A stretch of DNA of 64,000 nt from an uncultured Thermoleophilia bacterium (GCA_963747935.1 CAVVGY010000010.1:3783-67782), one strand, 5' to 3'. Counted from the first letter of the stretch, positions 38,733 to 48,022 are shown. Made by a program: numbers and translations. Notes: a model not told the origin generated them from the sequence alone.

Positions 38733-39098
38733 TCAGTGCTTGTCGGGACGCTGCAGGTAGTCGATCAGCGGGCCGGTGTTGCCGCCCATGATCTTGTCCA
38801 CCAGGGCATCGAGGATGCCCTGGGCGACCTGCTCGTCCGTGACCTTGGGCCGGTACACGTAGGCCGCCTGTGACTTGTCCTGCTCGAGCAGGCCCTTGGC
38901 GGCCAGGTTGCGCAGCACGCTCATCACGGTGGTGTAGGCGATGCGCCGGTTCTCGCGCAGGTCCTCGTACACGTCGCGCACGGTGACCTCGCCCTTGTCC
39001 CAGACGACCCGGAGGACGTCTGCCTCCAGCCATCCAAGACCGGTGAGGTCGCGGCTGTGATCTCGGCGCTGCCAGGCCTGTGGCTTCTCGTCAGACAT
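38733..39098 (-). CDS. BlaI/MecI/CopY-family transcriptional repressor
   Basis: Intact 121 aa. LGWLEADVLRVVWDKGEVTVRDVYEDLRENRRIAYTTVMSVLRNLAAKGLLEQDKSQAAYVYRP is a typical winged-helix penicillinase-repressor fold sequence. Confidence 0.85.
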   Translation of the reverse strand: MSDEKPQAWQRRDHSRDLTGLGWLEADVLRVVWDKGEVTVRDVYEDLRENRRIAYTTVMSVLRNLAAKGLLEQDKSQAAYVYRPKVTDEQVAQGILDALVDKIMGGNTGPLIDYLQRPDKH

Positions 39099-39236
39099 CA
39101 GGACCTCCGTCCGACTGTCTAGATTGAGACGGTGACGACGGGATTCCCGCGACGGCTGCCAAACGGAACCGGTGCCGTCGTCGCTAGGTCACGGGAGGAC
39201 CAGTCCGCTTTCGACTCTACTGACCGTACCGTAGTA

Positions 39237-39842
39237 ATGCAAGACGACGCCCGGGCGCGGCGGTGGCGCCGGGTATACTGCCATCGGACCCAAATTGGAG
39301 GCCCATGGAGCGGCAGGACTGACACGACAGGACGCCTGAGCAGAGAAGAGCTGGCCGCATGGCGCGGGTTCCTGCGCGTGCACAGCTCACTGTTCCACCA
39401 GCTCGACGCCGAGCTCTCGGCAGCCGACGAACTGCCGCTGAGCTCCTACGAGGTCCTGCTGCTGCTCGAGGACGCGCCGCAGCGGCGGCTGCGCATGTCG
39501 GACCTCTCGCGCTCGGTGCTGCTCAGTCCCAGCGGCGTCACCCGGCTGGTCGACCGGCTCGAGCGCGAAGGACTCGTGACGCGCGAGCGCTGCGCCGAGG
39601 ACGGGCGCGGCTACAACGCCGTGCTCACCGAAGCCGGCAGCGCGAGGCTGCAACGCGCCCGGGCGACTCATCTCGCGGGCGTGCGCCGCCTGTTCATCGA
39701 CAGGCTGGGCGACGCCGACCTGGTCCAGCTGGCGGAGTACTGGGAGAAGCTGGTGCCCGGCTCCGCCGGCACCGACGCCGAGTGGCGGCGCACTCCTCCC
39801 GCCCTGCTCGAGCCCGGATGCGGAGGCGGCGCCGATGCCTGA
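39237..39842 (+). CDS. MarR-family transcriptional regulator (start uncertain)
   Basis: LSSYEVLLLLEDAPQRRLRMSDLSRSVLLSPSGVTRLVDRLEREGLVTRERCAEDGRGYNAVLTEAG. GC3 is low before about 39330. TATACT (39274-39279), GGAGG (39297-39301) and an ATG at 39305 in another frame suggest the real start is 39305 with one indel just downstream. The 3' end overlaps the next gene by 8 nt. Confidence 0.75.
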   Translation: MQDDARARRWRRVYCHRTQIGGPWSGRTDTTGRLSREELAAWRGFLRVHSSLFHQLDAELSAADELPLSSYEVLLLLEDAPQRRLRMSDLSRSVLLSPSGVTRLVDRLEREGLVTRERCAEDGRGYNAVLTEAGSARLQRARATHLAGVRRLFIDRLGDADLVQLAEYWEKLVPGSAGTDAEWRRTPPALLEPGCGGGADA

Positions 39843-41100
39843 TGTGGTCGTGGTCGGCGCCGGCATGGCCGGTCTGTGCTGCGCCCGCGAGCTGCACGCC
39901 GCCGGGCTCGACGTGCTCGTGCTCGAACGCGGGGACGGTCCCGGCGGCCGCGTGCGCACCGACGTGGTGGACGGCTTCCTGCTCGACCGCGGCTTCCAGG
40001 TGCTGCTCACGGCGTACCCCGAGGCGCGCCGGGCGCTGGACTACGAGCGCCTCGGGCTGCGCGCGTTCGAGAGCGGCGCGCTCATCCGCGCAGGGCGGCA
40101 GCTTCGCGCGGATCGCCGACCCCTTCCGGCACCCGCTCCGGGCGCTGGAGAGCCTGCGCGACGCGCCGGGCAGCGTGCCCGACAAGCTGCGCGTCGCGCG
40201 CCTGCGGCGGCGCCTCGCACGCGGCTCCATCAACGAGATCCTCACGGCGCCGCAGGTGACCACCGCCGAGGCGCTGCGGCTCGAGGGCTTCTCGAGCGAG
40301 CCTGGTCGACGCGTTCTTCCGCCCGTTCCTGGGCGGCATCTTCCTCGACCCCACGCTCGAGACGTCCAGCCGCCTCTTCGCCTTCGTCTTCAAGATGTTC
40401 TCGGAGGGCGAGGCGGCGCTGCCGGCCGCCGGCATGCAGGCCATCCCGCGCCAGCTGGCCGATGGCCTGCCGGAGGCGGCCGTCCGCTACGGCGCCACCG
40501 TGGAGTCCGTCGGCCCGGGCGAGGTCGTCCTGGCCGGCGGCGAGCGCATCGCCGGCCGACGTCCGTCGTCGTCGCCGCCGACGGCCCGGAGGCGGCCCGG
40601 CTCACCGGCGCTCGTGCCGGCGCCCGGGGCGCGGGGCGTCACCACGCTGCACTACGCGGCGGAGCGCTCGCCGGTCGGCGAGCCCCTGCTCGTCCTCGAC
40701 GGCGAGGGCGAGGGGCCGGTCAACGACCTCTGCGTACCCAGCGACGTGGCGCCGAGCTACGCGCCGCCGGGGGCGGCGCTGGTCTCGGTCACCGTGCTCG
40801 GCGTGCCGCCGCTGGACGATGCCGCACTCGACGAGGCCGTGCGCGACCAGTTGCGCGGCTGGTTCGGCGCGCAGGTGGACGCCTGGCGGCTCCTGCGCGC
40901 CCTGCGCCTGCCGTTCGCCCTGCCGGCGCAGCCGCCGGCGGCGCTCACGCCGGCCGAGCGCCCCGTGCGCCTGCGTGAGGGCCTGTTCGTGTGCGGCGAC
41001 CACCGCGACACGGCGTCGCCTGCAGGGCGCCATGCTCTCCGGCCGGCGCGCCGCTGCCGCGGTCCGCGGCCTGGACGTCGCGCCCTCCTGCGCCCTCTGA
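39835..41100 (+). pseudogene. NAD(P)/FAD-dependent oxidoreductase (amine-oxidase / phytoene-desaturase-like fold); about 6 frame breaks
   Basis: MPDVVVVGAGMAGLCCARELHAAGLDVLVLERGDGPGGRVRT (dinucleotide-binding motif), FLLDRGFQVL, FFRPFLGGIFLD, LPAAGMQAIPRQLA, and C-terminus LFVCGDHRDTAS..QGAMLSGRRAA. Confidence 0.75.
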
Positions 41101-41119
41101 CGGCCGCCCCGGAGCCCGG

Positions 41120-41454
41120 TCAGGCCTTGCCGAGCACGACGCTCAGGCACATCACCGCGAGCACGACCGCCGTGATCAGCCACGTAGCGGCGGTCGTGCT
41201 CGCGCGCGAACGCGACGATGGACCCGGCCACGCGCACGAACGGCGTCGCGATGAGCACGATGATCCCGAGCGAGAGATAGGCCGCCGGGTCCAGGCTCCG
41301 CAGGCGCGCCCGGCAGGTCCACGAGCGGCACCACGTGCGAGGGCAGCGCCTCCGCGTCCCAGATGCTGAGGACGAGGCCCACCGCCATGAGCGCCACGGC
41401 GACCGCGATGCCCACGGCCAGCACCCGGCTCACCATGCGCTCGATGAAGTCCAT
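41120..41454 (-). pseudogene. DUF1634-like small membrane protein; about 2 frame breaks
   Basis: MDFIERMVSRVLAVGIAVAVALMAVGLVLS... / LSLGIIVLIATPFVRVAGSIVAFAREHDRRYVA / ITAVVLAVMCLSVVLGKA. Its position directly after a TauE/SafE gene is the usual partner arrangement, as far as I recall. Confidence 0.5.
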
Positions 41455-41480
41455 CTCGTGCCGCGGCCGGGCCGGCGCGC

Positions 41481-42294
41481 TCACACCCCCACCCCCAGCG
41501 ACTTGAGGATCATCAGGACGGCGAACAGCGGCAGCACGACCTCGAACGCGATGAGCAGCACCCGGGTCGGCAGGTGGATGGCGAGCCGCGGGCCGAGGCG
41601 GGCGCCGGCGAGGATGCCGAGCGCGGCCGGCACGGCCCAGTGCGGGTCCATGTAGCCGCGACCGTAGAAGATGGCGGCGCCGGTGGCGGCGGTGACGCCG
41701 ATCATGAGGTTGCTGGTGGCGATGGTCGCCTTGAGCGGTACCCCCATCAGCAGGTTCATGATCGGCACCTTGAACGCGCCGCCGCCCACGCCCAGCAACC
41801 CGGAGACGTTGCCGGCGACGAACGACAGCACGAACCCCAGCCCGAGGCCGTGCACGCCGTAGCTCACCTCGCGGCTCTCGGCGGGGTCGTAGTAGGCGGC
41901 CGGCATCGTCGGCCCCTCCACCGGCTCGATGTCGCCCTTGCGGCGGCCCATCTGCCAGGCCACGTAGAAGAGCACCGACGGCGAACGCCACCTGCAGGAA
42001 CCTCGCGTCCACGAGGATGGCCGTGATGCCTCCGGCCACCGCGCCGATGGTCGTCGCGACCTCGAGGAACATGCCGAGCCGCATGTTGGTCATCCCGCGG
42101 GAGGCGAACGTGGTCTGGGCCATGGACGACGTGGCGATCACGCAGACGATGCTGGTCGCGATGGCCGTCTTGATCGGCACCCCGAACGCGAGGCTCAGGA
42201 CGGGGACCATGATGACGCCGCCGCCCACGCCCAGCATGCTGCCGAACACGCCGGCGAAGAACGCGATGACGAGGATGCCGATGAGGACCGCCAT
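41481..42294 (-). pseudogene. TauE/SafE-family (DUF81) anion/sulfite exporter; one frame break near 41975
   Basis: FFAGVFGSMLGVGGGVIMVPVL in the first repeat and GNVSGLLGVGGGAFKVPIMNLLMGVPLKATIATS in the second repeat. Confidence 0.8.
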
Positions 42295-42345
42295 GCGCGG
42301 TACTCTACCGGACGCCCGCCGGGAGGACGGCGCGGGCGAGCAGCT

Positions 42346-42705
42346 CTAGTCGTCGGCGCCGGGCGGGCGGCGCAGGCGCTTGGCGGCCGCCCGCCGCGTC
42401 TTCTCGGCGAGGCGACGCTCCTTGGCGGCCCGGGAGGGCCGCGTGGGACGGCGCGGCGGGGGCGGCGGCTCGTTCAGCTTGCGGAGCTTGATGCGCAGGC
42501 GGCGCAGCGCGTCCATCTTGTTCATGTACTGGCTGCGCTGCGCGCGGCTGGTGACCGTCAGGCCAGTGGCGCGGTGCACCAGCCTCACGGCGCTGTCGGT
42601 CATGTTCTGGTGCTGGCCGCCCGGGCCGCCGGCGCGGAACGTCTGCACGTCGCACTGCGCCAGCAGCGCGTCGTCGCCGTCGGGGATGTCGATGGGTCCC
42701 TCCAC
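42346..42705 (-). CDS. arfB: Alternative ribosome-rescue factor / peptidyl-tRNA hydrolase ArfB
   Basis: Intact 119 aa with the GGQ motif (RAGGPGGQHQNMTDSAVRL) and a basic C-terminal tail. Confidence 0.85.
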   Translation of the reverse strand: MEGPIDIPDGDDALLAQCDVQTFRAGGPGGQHQNMTDSAVRLVHRATGLTVTSRAQRSQYMNKMDALRRLRIKLRKLNEPPPPPRRPTRPSRAAKERRLAEKTRRAAAKRLRRPPGADD

Positions 42706-42742
42706 CCCCTGAGCCTACCACCGCCCGTGATAGCCTCTGGCC

Positions 42743-43735
42743 ATGCTCGGCATCGCCCTCGCCCTCGGCGCGTCCCTCTGCTGGGGCTCCGGCGACTTCC
42801 TCGGCGGGTTCAGCACGCGGCGCGCCAGCCTCTGGGCCGTCATCATCGGCAGCCAGGCCGTGGGGCTCGCGGGAGCGCTGGCCGTCACCCTCGGCACCGG
42901 CCACGGGTGGCCCGGGTTCGACGCCGTCTGGCCGGTGGTGCTCGGGGGACTGGCCAGCGTGGTCGCCATCTCCTGCTTCTACAAGGCGCTCGCCATCGGC
43001 ACCATGAGCATCGTGGCTCCCATCAGCGCCACCAACGCCCTGATCCCCTTCGCCGTGGGCATCGCCGCCGGCGAACGTCCGGCCGCGCTCCAGCTCGCCG
43101 GTGTGGCGCTCGCTGCGGTGGGCGTGATCCTGGTGGCCGTCGAATCGGCGCGGCGCGGCGAGACCGTCGGGGTCGCCGCGCTGCCGGGCGAGCCGGCCGT
43201 GGAGCCGGAGGAGGCTCGGGCGCTGTTCCGGCGGGAGGGCGCGCCGGTGCCCGCCCCCGCGACCGGACTGCCGGTGGCGGTGGCCACGCGCGGCGGCGCG
43301 GCGATGCGGCCCTCGCGCGGCGCGCAGCGGCGCGCCATCGGGCTGGCGCTGCTCGCCGCCGTCTGCATGGGTCTGGTGCTCGTGGGCTACGACGCGACCG
43401 CGCGGCACGATCCGCTCTGGGCCATGCTGGCCGGCCGCATCTCGTCGGCGGCCATCTTCGCCGTCGTCTTCGTGGTGCTGCGCCCGCGAGTCAAGGTCGA
43501 GCGCTCCGCCGTGCCGTTCATCGTGATCGTCGGCCTGCTCGACACGGGCGCCAACGGCCTGTTCGCACTCGCCACCACCGAGGGCTACCTGAGCCTGGTG
43601 GCCGTGCTCGGCTCCCTCTACCCGGTGGTGACGGTGCTGCTCGCGTTCGGTGTGCTGCGCGAGCGCATCGCGCCGCACCAGCTGGCCGGCGCGGCGGCGA
43701 CGCTCGCCGGCGTGGCCCTCATCGCCGCAGGCTGA
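42743..43735 (+). CDS. EamA/DMT-family transporter with a long hydrophilic insert between the two EamA halves
   Basis: Intact 330 aa with 10 predicted helices. An insert of about 60 aa (ESARRGETVGVAALPGEPAVEPEEARALFRREGAPVPAPATGLPVAVATRGGAAMRPSRGAQRR) lies at about nt 43142-43334. Confidence 0.85.
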   Translation: MLGIALALGASLCWGSGDFLGGFSTRRASLWAVIIGSQAVGLAGALAVTLGTGHGWPGFDAVWPVVLGGLASVVAISCFYKALAIGTMSIVAPISATNALIPFAVGIAAGERPAALQLAGVALAAVGVILVAVESARRGETVGVAALPGEPAVEPEEARALFRREGAPVPAPATGLPVAVATRGGAAMRPSRGAQRRAIGLALLAAVCMGLVLVGYDATARHDPLWAMLAGRISSAAIFAVVFVVLRPRVKVERSAVPFIVIVGLLDTGANGLFALATTEGYLSLVAVLGSLYPVVTVLLAFGVLRERIAPHQLAGAAATLAGVALIAAG

Positions 43736-43742
43736 CTTCACA

Positions 43743-44762
43743 GTGACGCCGCTCGCCCTCATCGAACTGCGCGGCGCCGGCGGCGAACCGGTCGACCTGA
43801 GGCGCACCCTGGGCTCGCACGGCGTAGCCGAGTTGCCGCCGATGGCGCGCGACGAGGACGGGCTCGGTGCGACGGTCACCCTGGCGACGCCCGAGGGACC
43901 AAGGACGGTGCGGTTGGGGGCCGGACCCCGCGTCGCGGCGGAGGGTCCACCGGACGCCGCACCGCTGCTGGCCGTCGAGGTCGCCGACTCCGGTCCGCCG
44001 CCGTGCGAAGCCGCCGCGGCGACGCTGGTCGCGTCGGTGCGCCGCATGCTCTGCCTGGACGACGACCTCAGCGGCTTCTACGCACGCGTTGCCGGCGACC
44101 CCGACCTGGCGTGGGCGGCACGAGGCGCGGGCCGTCTGCTGCGCAGCCCCACCGTCTTCGAGGACGTCGTGAAGACGGTGTGCACGACCAACTGCGCCTG
44201 GTCGGCGACGGAGCGCATGACCGGCGCCCTCGTCGGCCGCCTCGGAGAGCCGACCCCGGGGGCGCCGCCCGGCGAGGTCGCCGGCCGCACGTTCCCCACG
44301 CCGGAGGCCATGGCTGCCGCCGGCGATGACTTCTACGCCGGCGTGGCGCGCGCCGGCTACCGCGGCCCCTACCTGCGCGAGATCGCCGCGCGCGTCGCCG
44401 CCGGCGAGCTCGACCTCGAGGCGCTGCTCACGGCGGACCGGCGCGACCTGCCCGACGACGAGGTCGCGCGCCTCCTCCTCGAATTGCCGGGCGTGGGGCC
44501 GTACGCGGCGGCCCACGTCATGCTCCTCCTGGGCCGCCACTCCCGCCTCGTGCTGGACTCGTGGACGCGGCCCAAGTACGCGCGGCTCGCGGGCAAGTCC
44601 AAGGGCAAGCTGGTCGCGGACCGGACGATCGAGCGCCGCTTCCGCCGCTACAAGGAGCACGCGGGGCTGGCGTTCTGGCTGTTCGTGACCCGCGACTGGT
44701 TCGCCGACGACACCGGCGGCTCCGAGGTGGAGCGGCTCAGCGCAGGGGAGCCGAGTCGCTGA
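43743..44762 (+). CDS. DNA-3-methyladenine glycosylase II-like (AlkA / HhH-GPD superfamily)
   Basis: HhH-GPD region: LLELPGVGPYAAAHVMLLLGRHSRLVLDSWTR. Also RSPTVFEDVVKTVCTTNCAWS. GTG start at 43743. Confidence 0.7.
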   Translation: MTPLALIELRGAGGEPVDLRRTLGSHGVAELPPMARDEDGLGATVTLATPEGPRTVRLGAGPRVAAEGPPDAAPLLAVEVADSGPPPCEAAAATLVASVRRMLCLDDDLSGFYARVAGDPDLAWAARGAGRLLRSPTVFEDVVKTVCTTNCAWSATERMTGALVGRLGEPTPGAPPGEVAGRTFPTPEAMAAAGDDFYAGVARAGYRGPYLREIAARVAAGELDLEALLTADRRDLPDDEVARLLLELPGVGPYAAAHVMLLLGRHSRLVLDSWTRPKYARLAGKSKGKLVADRTIERRFRRYKEHAGLAFWLFVTRDWFADDTGGSEVERLSAGEPSR

Positions 44763-44827
44763 GCCGCCCGGCGCCCGACTGGGCCCCGCCCACCGGAGGG
44801 AGGGAGCATGTCTCTCCGGGGGTAGGA

Positions 44828-44862
44828 GCCTTCGATGGCGCCTCGGTGGTGCCATCGAAGGC
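44828..44862. terminator. Hairpin between the convergent alkA-like and SGNH genes
   Basis: GCCTTCGATGGCGCC (44828-44842) pairs with GGTGCCATCGAAGGC (44848-44862). The stem is 15 bp with one G-U pair. Confidence 0.5.
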
Positions 44863-44928
44863 GCCGACCCCCCAGACGACACCACCCCGCCCCGGCTGGA
44901 CGACCCCCGAGGCCGAGTCGGCCGACGG

Positions 44929-46383
44929 TCAGGGCGCCGGGGACGGCGACGCCGACGCGCCGGTCATGCCCCAGTCCTTCTCGATCACGTCGAGCACGAG
45001 CCCGGCCACTCGGTCGCCGCCGGCGCGTGTGAGGTGGATGCCGTCCGGCGCGCGCACCAGGATCGAGTCGCCGCCCGCGTCCTTGAGGTAGTCGGTGTAC
45101 GAGCCCTTGTCGTCGGACATCAGCTTCCAGCTGCTGACGAACGTCACCCCAGGGTGCTTCTTGGCCTCGGCCTCGTAGATGTGGTTCATCATCGCGATGC
45201 GCTCGCGGTAGCCGAAGTCCTTCATGATGGGGTTGCCGACCCAGTAGACCCTGCGGCCACCCTTGGTGAGGATGTCCATCGCCTCACCCACCCGCTTGGC
45301 GTAGACCTCCTGCCAGGCCTTGGTGCCCACTTTGAGGACCTTGCCATCGTAGTAGACGTCCTGGCCGTCGTTGGCGCCGAAGAGCACCGCGACGGCGTCC
45401 GGCCTGTAGTCGACGATCTGGTCAACCAGGCGCTGCGGCCAGTCGAAGAAGTCCGGGCGGCTGAGGCCGCTCGACACCTTGTAGTCGTTCTTGGCCTTCA
45501 CGAGACCCGTGGCCTCGGAGAGGTTGACGAGCGACGACCCGAAGACCTGGTCCATGGAGTCGCCGGCGATGTACAGGCGCAGGGGCCTGGCCGCGGTGAT
45601 CTGACGCGGCCAGAGCGACTTCTTGGTCTTCTTGACCTCGGCGAGCGTGTGGTGCGGACCCTCGCCGCGGCCGAGGGCCGTGGCGACCCTGGCGCCGAGG
45701 TCGTCGGCGCGCACGGCGCCGCTCAGGGCCGTCATCGGCGTCAGCAGCGCGAGCTGCAGGGTGCGCAGGGCGCCGTAGGGCCGGGCCTCGACGTCCTTCT
45801 TGATGTTGGCCACGTCGAACAGGCCCGCGAGGAAGAACCCGAGCAGCATGGCGAGCAGCACCGCGCCGGCCGTGAGCCGGCGCCGGCGCGGTCCCTTGTG
45901 CCTCTCCGGCAGGGGCCCGACGGTCTCGGCGCCGTGCGGCGCCTCTGGCTCGAGCCACTCCTCCCACTCCTCGGAGGTCTCGTAGCCGTCGGCCGGCTCG
46001 TAGCGCGCGCGGCCGTAGCCGGTAGGCTCCTCGGGCACGCGCCAGTCGCCCGTCGCGCGCTCGTAGCGCCGGTCGATGGCCTCGCGGTCCGCGCGCGCCG
46101 CGCGGTCGTCCGGAGGCGCGGCGGCGCCCGAGCCGAACTCCGGCACGCGCCAGTCGCCGGGAACGCCGTCGGCCGGCCGCCGGGGCTGCTCGCGCTTCGG
46201 CGGCCGCAGTCGCCAGACGAAGAGGTCGTCGTCGGGGCCGGAGGCGCGCCTGTCGTCCGCGGTTCGCCGGTCGTCGGCGCCGCCCCGCGGCTCGCCCGCG
46301 GCGCCCCGCGCCCCGTCCGACGCGTCGAACGGCATCCCCATCTGCCCGGGGTACTCGCCCTCGTAGGGTCCGTCGCCGCTCAT
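44929..46383 (-). CDS. Membrane-anchored SGNH/GDSL hydrolase (DUF459-like), paralog 1, with a long acidic/Arg-rich cytoplasmic tail
   Basis: One TM helix (LTAGAVLLAMLLGFFLAGLF). Block I LYIAGDSM, block III FGANDGQD, block V PDGIHLT. Start taken at the ATG at 46383 (MSGDGPYEG); the alternative at 46455 would overlap MBOAT-1. Confidence 0.8.
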   Translation of the reverse strand: MSGDGPYEGEYPGQMGMPFDASDGARGAAGEPRGGADDRRTADDRRASGPDDDLFVWRLRPPKREQPRRPADGVPGDWRVPEFGSGAAAPPDDRAARADREAIDRRYERATGDWRVPEEPTGYGRARYEPADGYETSEEWEEWLEPEAPHGAETVGPLPERHKGPRRRRLTAGAVLLAMLLGFFLAGLFDVANIKKDVEARPYGALRTLQLALLTPMTALSGAVRADDLGARVATALGRGEGPHHTLAEVKKTKKSLWPRQITAARPLRLYIAGDSMDQVFGSSLVNLSEATGLVKAKNDYKVSSGLSRPDFFDWPQRLVDQIVDYRPDAVAVLFGANDGQDVYYDGKVLKVGTKAWQEVYAKRVGEAMDILTKGGRRVYWVGNPIMKDFGYRERIAMMNHIYEAEAKKHPGVTFVSSWKLMSDDKGSYTDYLKDAGGDSILVRAPDGIHLTRAGGDRVAGLVLDVIEKDWGMTGASASPSPAP

Positions 46384-46423
46384 CCGCTCCGCCCGCTCGT
46401 CGTCATGTCCCCCGTCTCGCCCA

Positions 46424-47866
46424 TCAGAACTTGAAGTACAGGAACTCGGCCGCACCGGTCGGCCCCAGCACGTCGATCAGGAACAGCGCCACCGCCAACA
46501 CCAGCCCCTGGCCCACCCAGCCGATGCGGCTGATGCCGGCCTCCAGGTTCTCGATCGCCCGCCGCGGCACGTACTGGATGGCGATGCCCAGCACGCACAG
46601 GCCGACCACCGGGAACGTCACCTCGGCGCCGATGGAGCCGAGCCCCGCGATGAGCCGCCACAGCACGGAGAAGGCGTTGCCCAGCGACTCGGCGCGGAAG
46701 AACACCCACGCCACGCTCACGAACACGAACACCAGGAGGCGCTGGAGCGCCCTCGCCCCCGGCGTGCGCCCGGGCTCGGGCAGTCCTCTCGAGTGACGCG
46801 TGTCCATCCGCGCCCGTTCGACCGCCAGCCCGGTGCCGTGCATGAGCCCCCAGAACACGAACGTCCACCCCGCCCCGTGCCACAGGCCGCCGAGCAGGAA
46901 CGTGATGACGAGGTTGGCGTAGGTGCGGCCCTTGCCCTTCCGGTTGCCGCCCAGCGGGATGTAGAGGTAGTCGCGCAGCCAGCTGGACAGGGTGATGTGC
47001 CAGCGGCGCCAGAAGTCCTGGATGGTCCGCGCCGTATACGGCGCGTCGAAGTTGGCCGGCAGCTCGAACCCGAGCAGCAGCGAGATGCCGATGGCGATGT
47101 CGGCGTAGGCGCTGAAGTCGCAGTAGATCTGCACCGAGTAGGCGATGATGCCCCACAGCGTCTCCCACGACGAGTACGTCTGCGGCGAGGCGAACAGGCC
47201 GTTGACGATGTGCGTGGACAGGTAGTCGGCGATGAGCATCTTCTTGGCCAGGCCGCCGAGGATGAGCACGAACGCGCGCGACGAGTCCACGGCGTGCGGG
47301 TTCCTCGGCGAGGTGAGCTGCGGCAGGAACTCGCGGGCTCTGGCGATGGGGCCCGCGAGCAGGTACGGGAAGAAGGCCACGTACACCGCGAAGTCGAGCG
47401 CCGGCGCCGGCTCGAGCTGGCCGCGGTAGATGTCGACCACGTAGGTCAGCATGCGGAACACGAGGAACGAGATGCCGACCGGCAGCAGCAGGTGCAACAG
47501 CGGCAGCGGCGCGCCCAGGCGGAACACGCCGAGCAGGTCGTTGAGGCTCGTCGCGAAGAAGTCGAAGTACTTGAACACGCCGAGCGTCACGAGGTTGGCG
47601 GCTACCGCGAGGGTGACCCAGCGGCGGGCGGCGGCCCGCGAGCCGCGCCGCCCGCCCAGCGCCCGGTACACCTGCACGCCGATCGCCTGGTTCACGAGCG
47701 TCGCGCCCAGGAGCAGGAAGATCAGCCGCCAGTCCCACCACCCGTAGAACACGTAGCTGGCGGCGATGATGAACCACTTCCACAGGCGCAACCGGGGCAT
47801 GAGCAGCCAGTTCAGCACGTACACGACGAGGAAGAAGAGCGCGAACGTGATGGTCGGGAAGAGCAC
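46424..47866 (-). CDS. MBOAT-family O-acyltransferase (AlgI/DltB/PatA-like), copy 1
   Basis: Intact 480 aa, polytopic. FWRRWHITLSSWLRDYLYIPLGGNRKG and the conserved-His motif LGGLWHGAGWTFVFWG. C-terminus FLYFKF. GTG start. Confidence 0.9.
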   Translation of the reverse strand: MLFPTITFALFFLVVYVLNWLLMPRLRLWKWFIIAASYVFYGWWDWRLIFLLLGATLVNQAIGVQVYRALGGRRGSRAAARRWVTLAVAANLVTLGVFKYFDFFATSLNDLLGVFRLGAPLPLLHLLLPVGISFLVFRMLTYVVDIYRGQLEPAPALDFAVYVAFFPYLLAGPIARAREFLPQLTSPRNPHAVDSSRAFVLILGGLAKKMLIADYLSTHIVNGLFASPQTYSSWETLWGIIAYSVQIYCDFSAYADIAIGISLLLGFELPANFDAPYTARTIQDFWRRWHITLSSWLRDYLYIPLGGNRKGKGRTYANLVITFLLGGLWHGAGWTFVFWGLMHGTGLAVERARMDTRHSRGLPEPGRTPGARALQRLLVFVFVSVAWVFFRAESLGNAFSVLWRLIAGLGSIGAEVTFPVVGLCVLGIAIQYVPRRAIENLEAGISRIGWVGQGLVLAVALFLIDVLGPTGAAEFLYFKF

Positions 47867-48022
47867 CGTGCCGCCTGTCAGTCACCGGGACGCGCGAGGC
47901 CTGGCGTGCCCCGCCTGCTGCACGGCATGCTACACCAGCAGGTGCGGGCGGCGAAGCATCGGCCGGGGGGTCATCCGCCTGCCGGCGTGGCGGTCTGCGG
48001 CGCCGGCGTCAGACGTGGTGCG

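Noticed and set aside
36985-38760. 591-aa plus-strand ORF antisense to DUF885
   Set aside because: The composition (runs of R, G, A, V, E) and lack of any domain signature mark it as an antisense shadow. The minus-strand DUF885 ORF is intact and has family motifs.
42305-44047. 580-aa minus-strand ORF spanning arfB, the EamA gene and the alkA start
   Set aside because: It is an off-frame or antisense shadow. It crosses three well-supported genes and has an Arg/Gly/Ala-dominated sequence.
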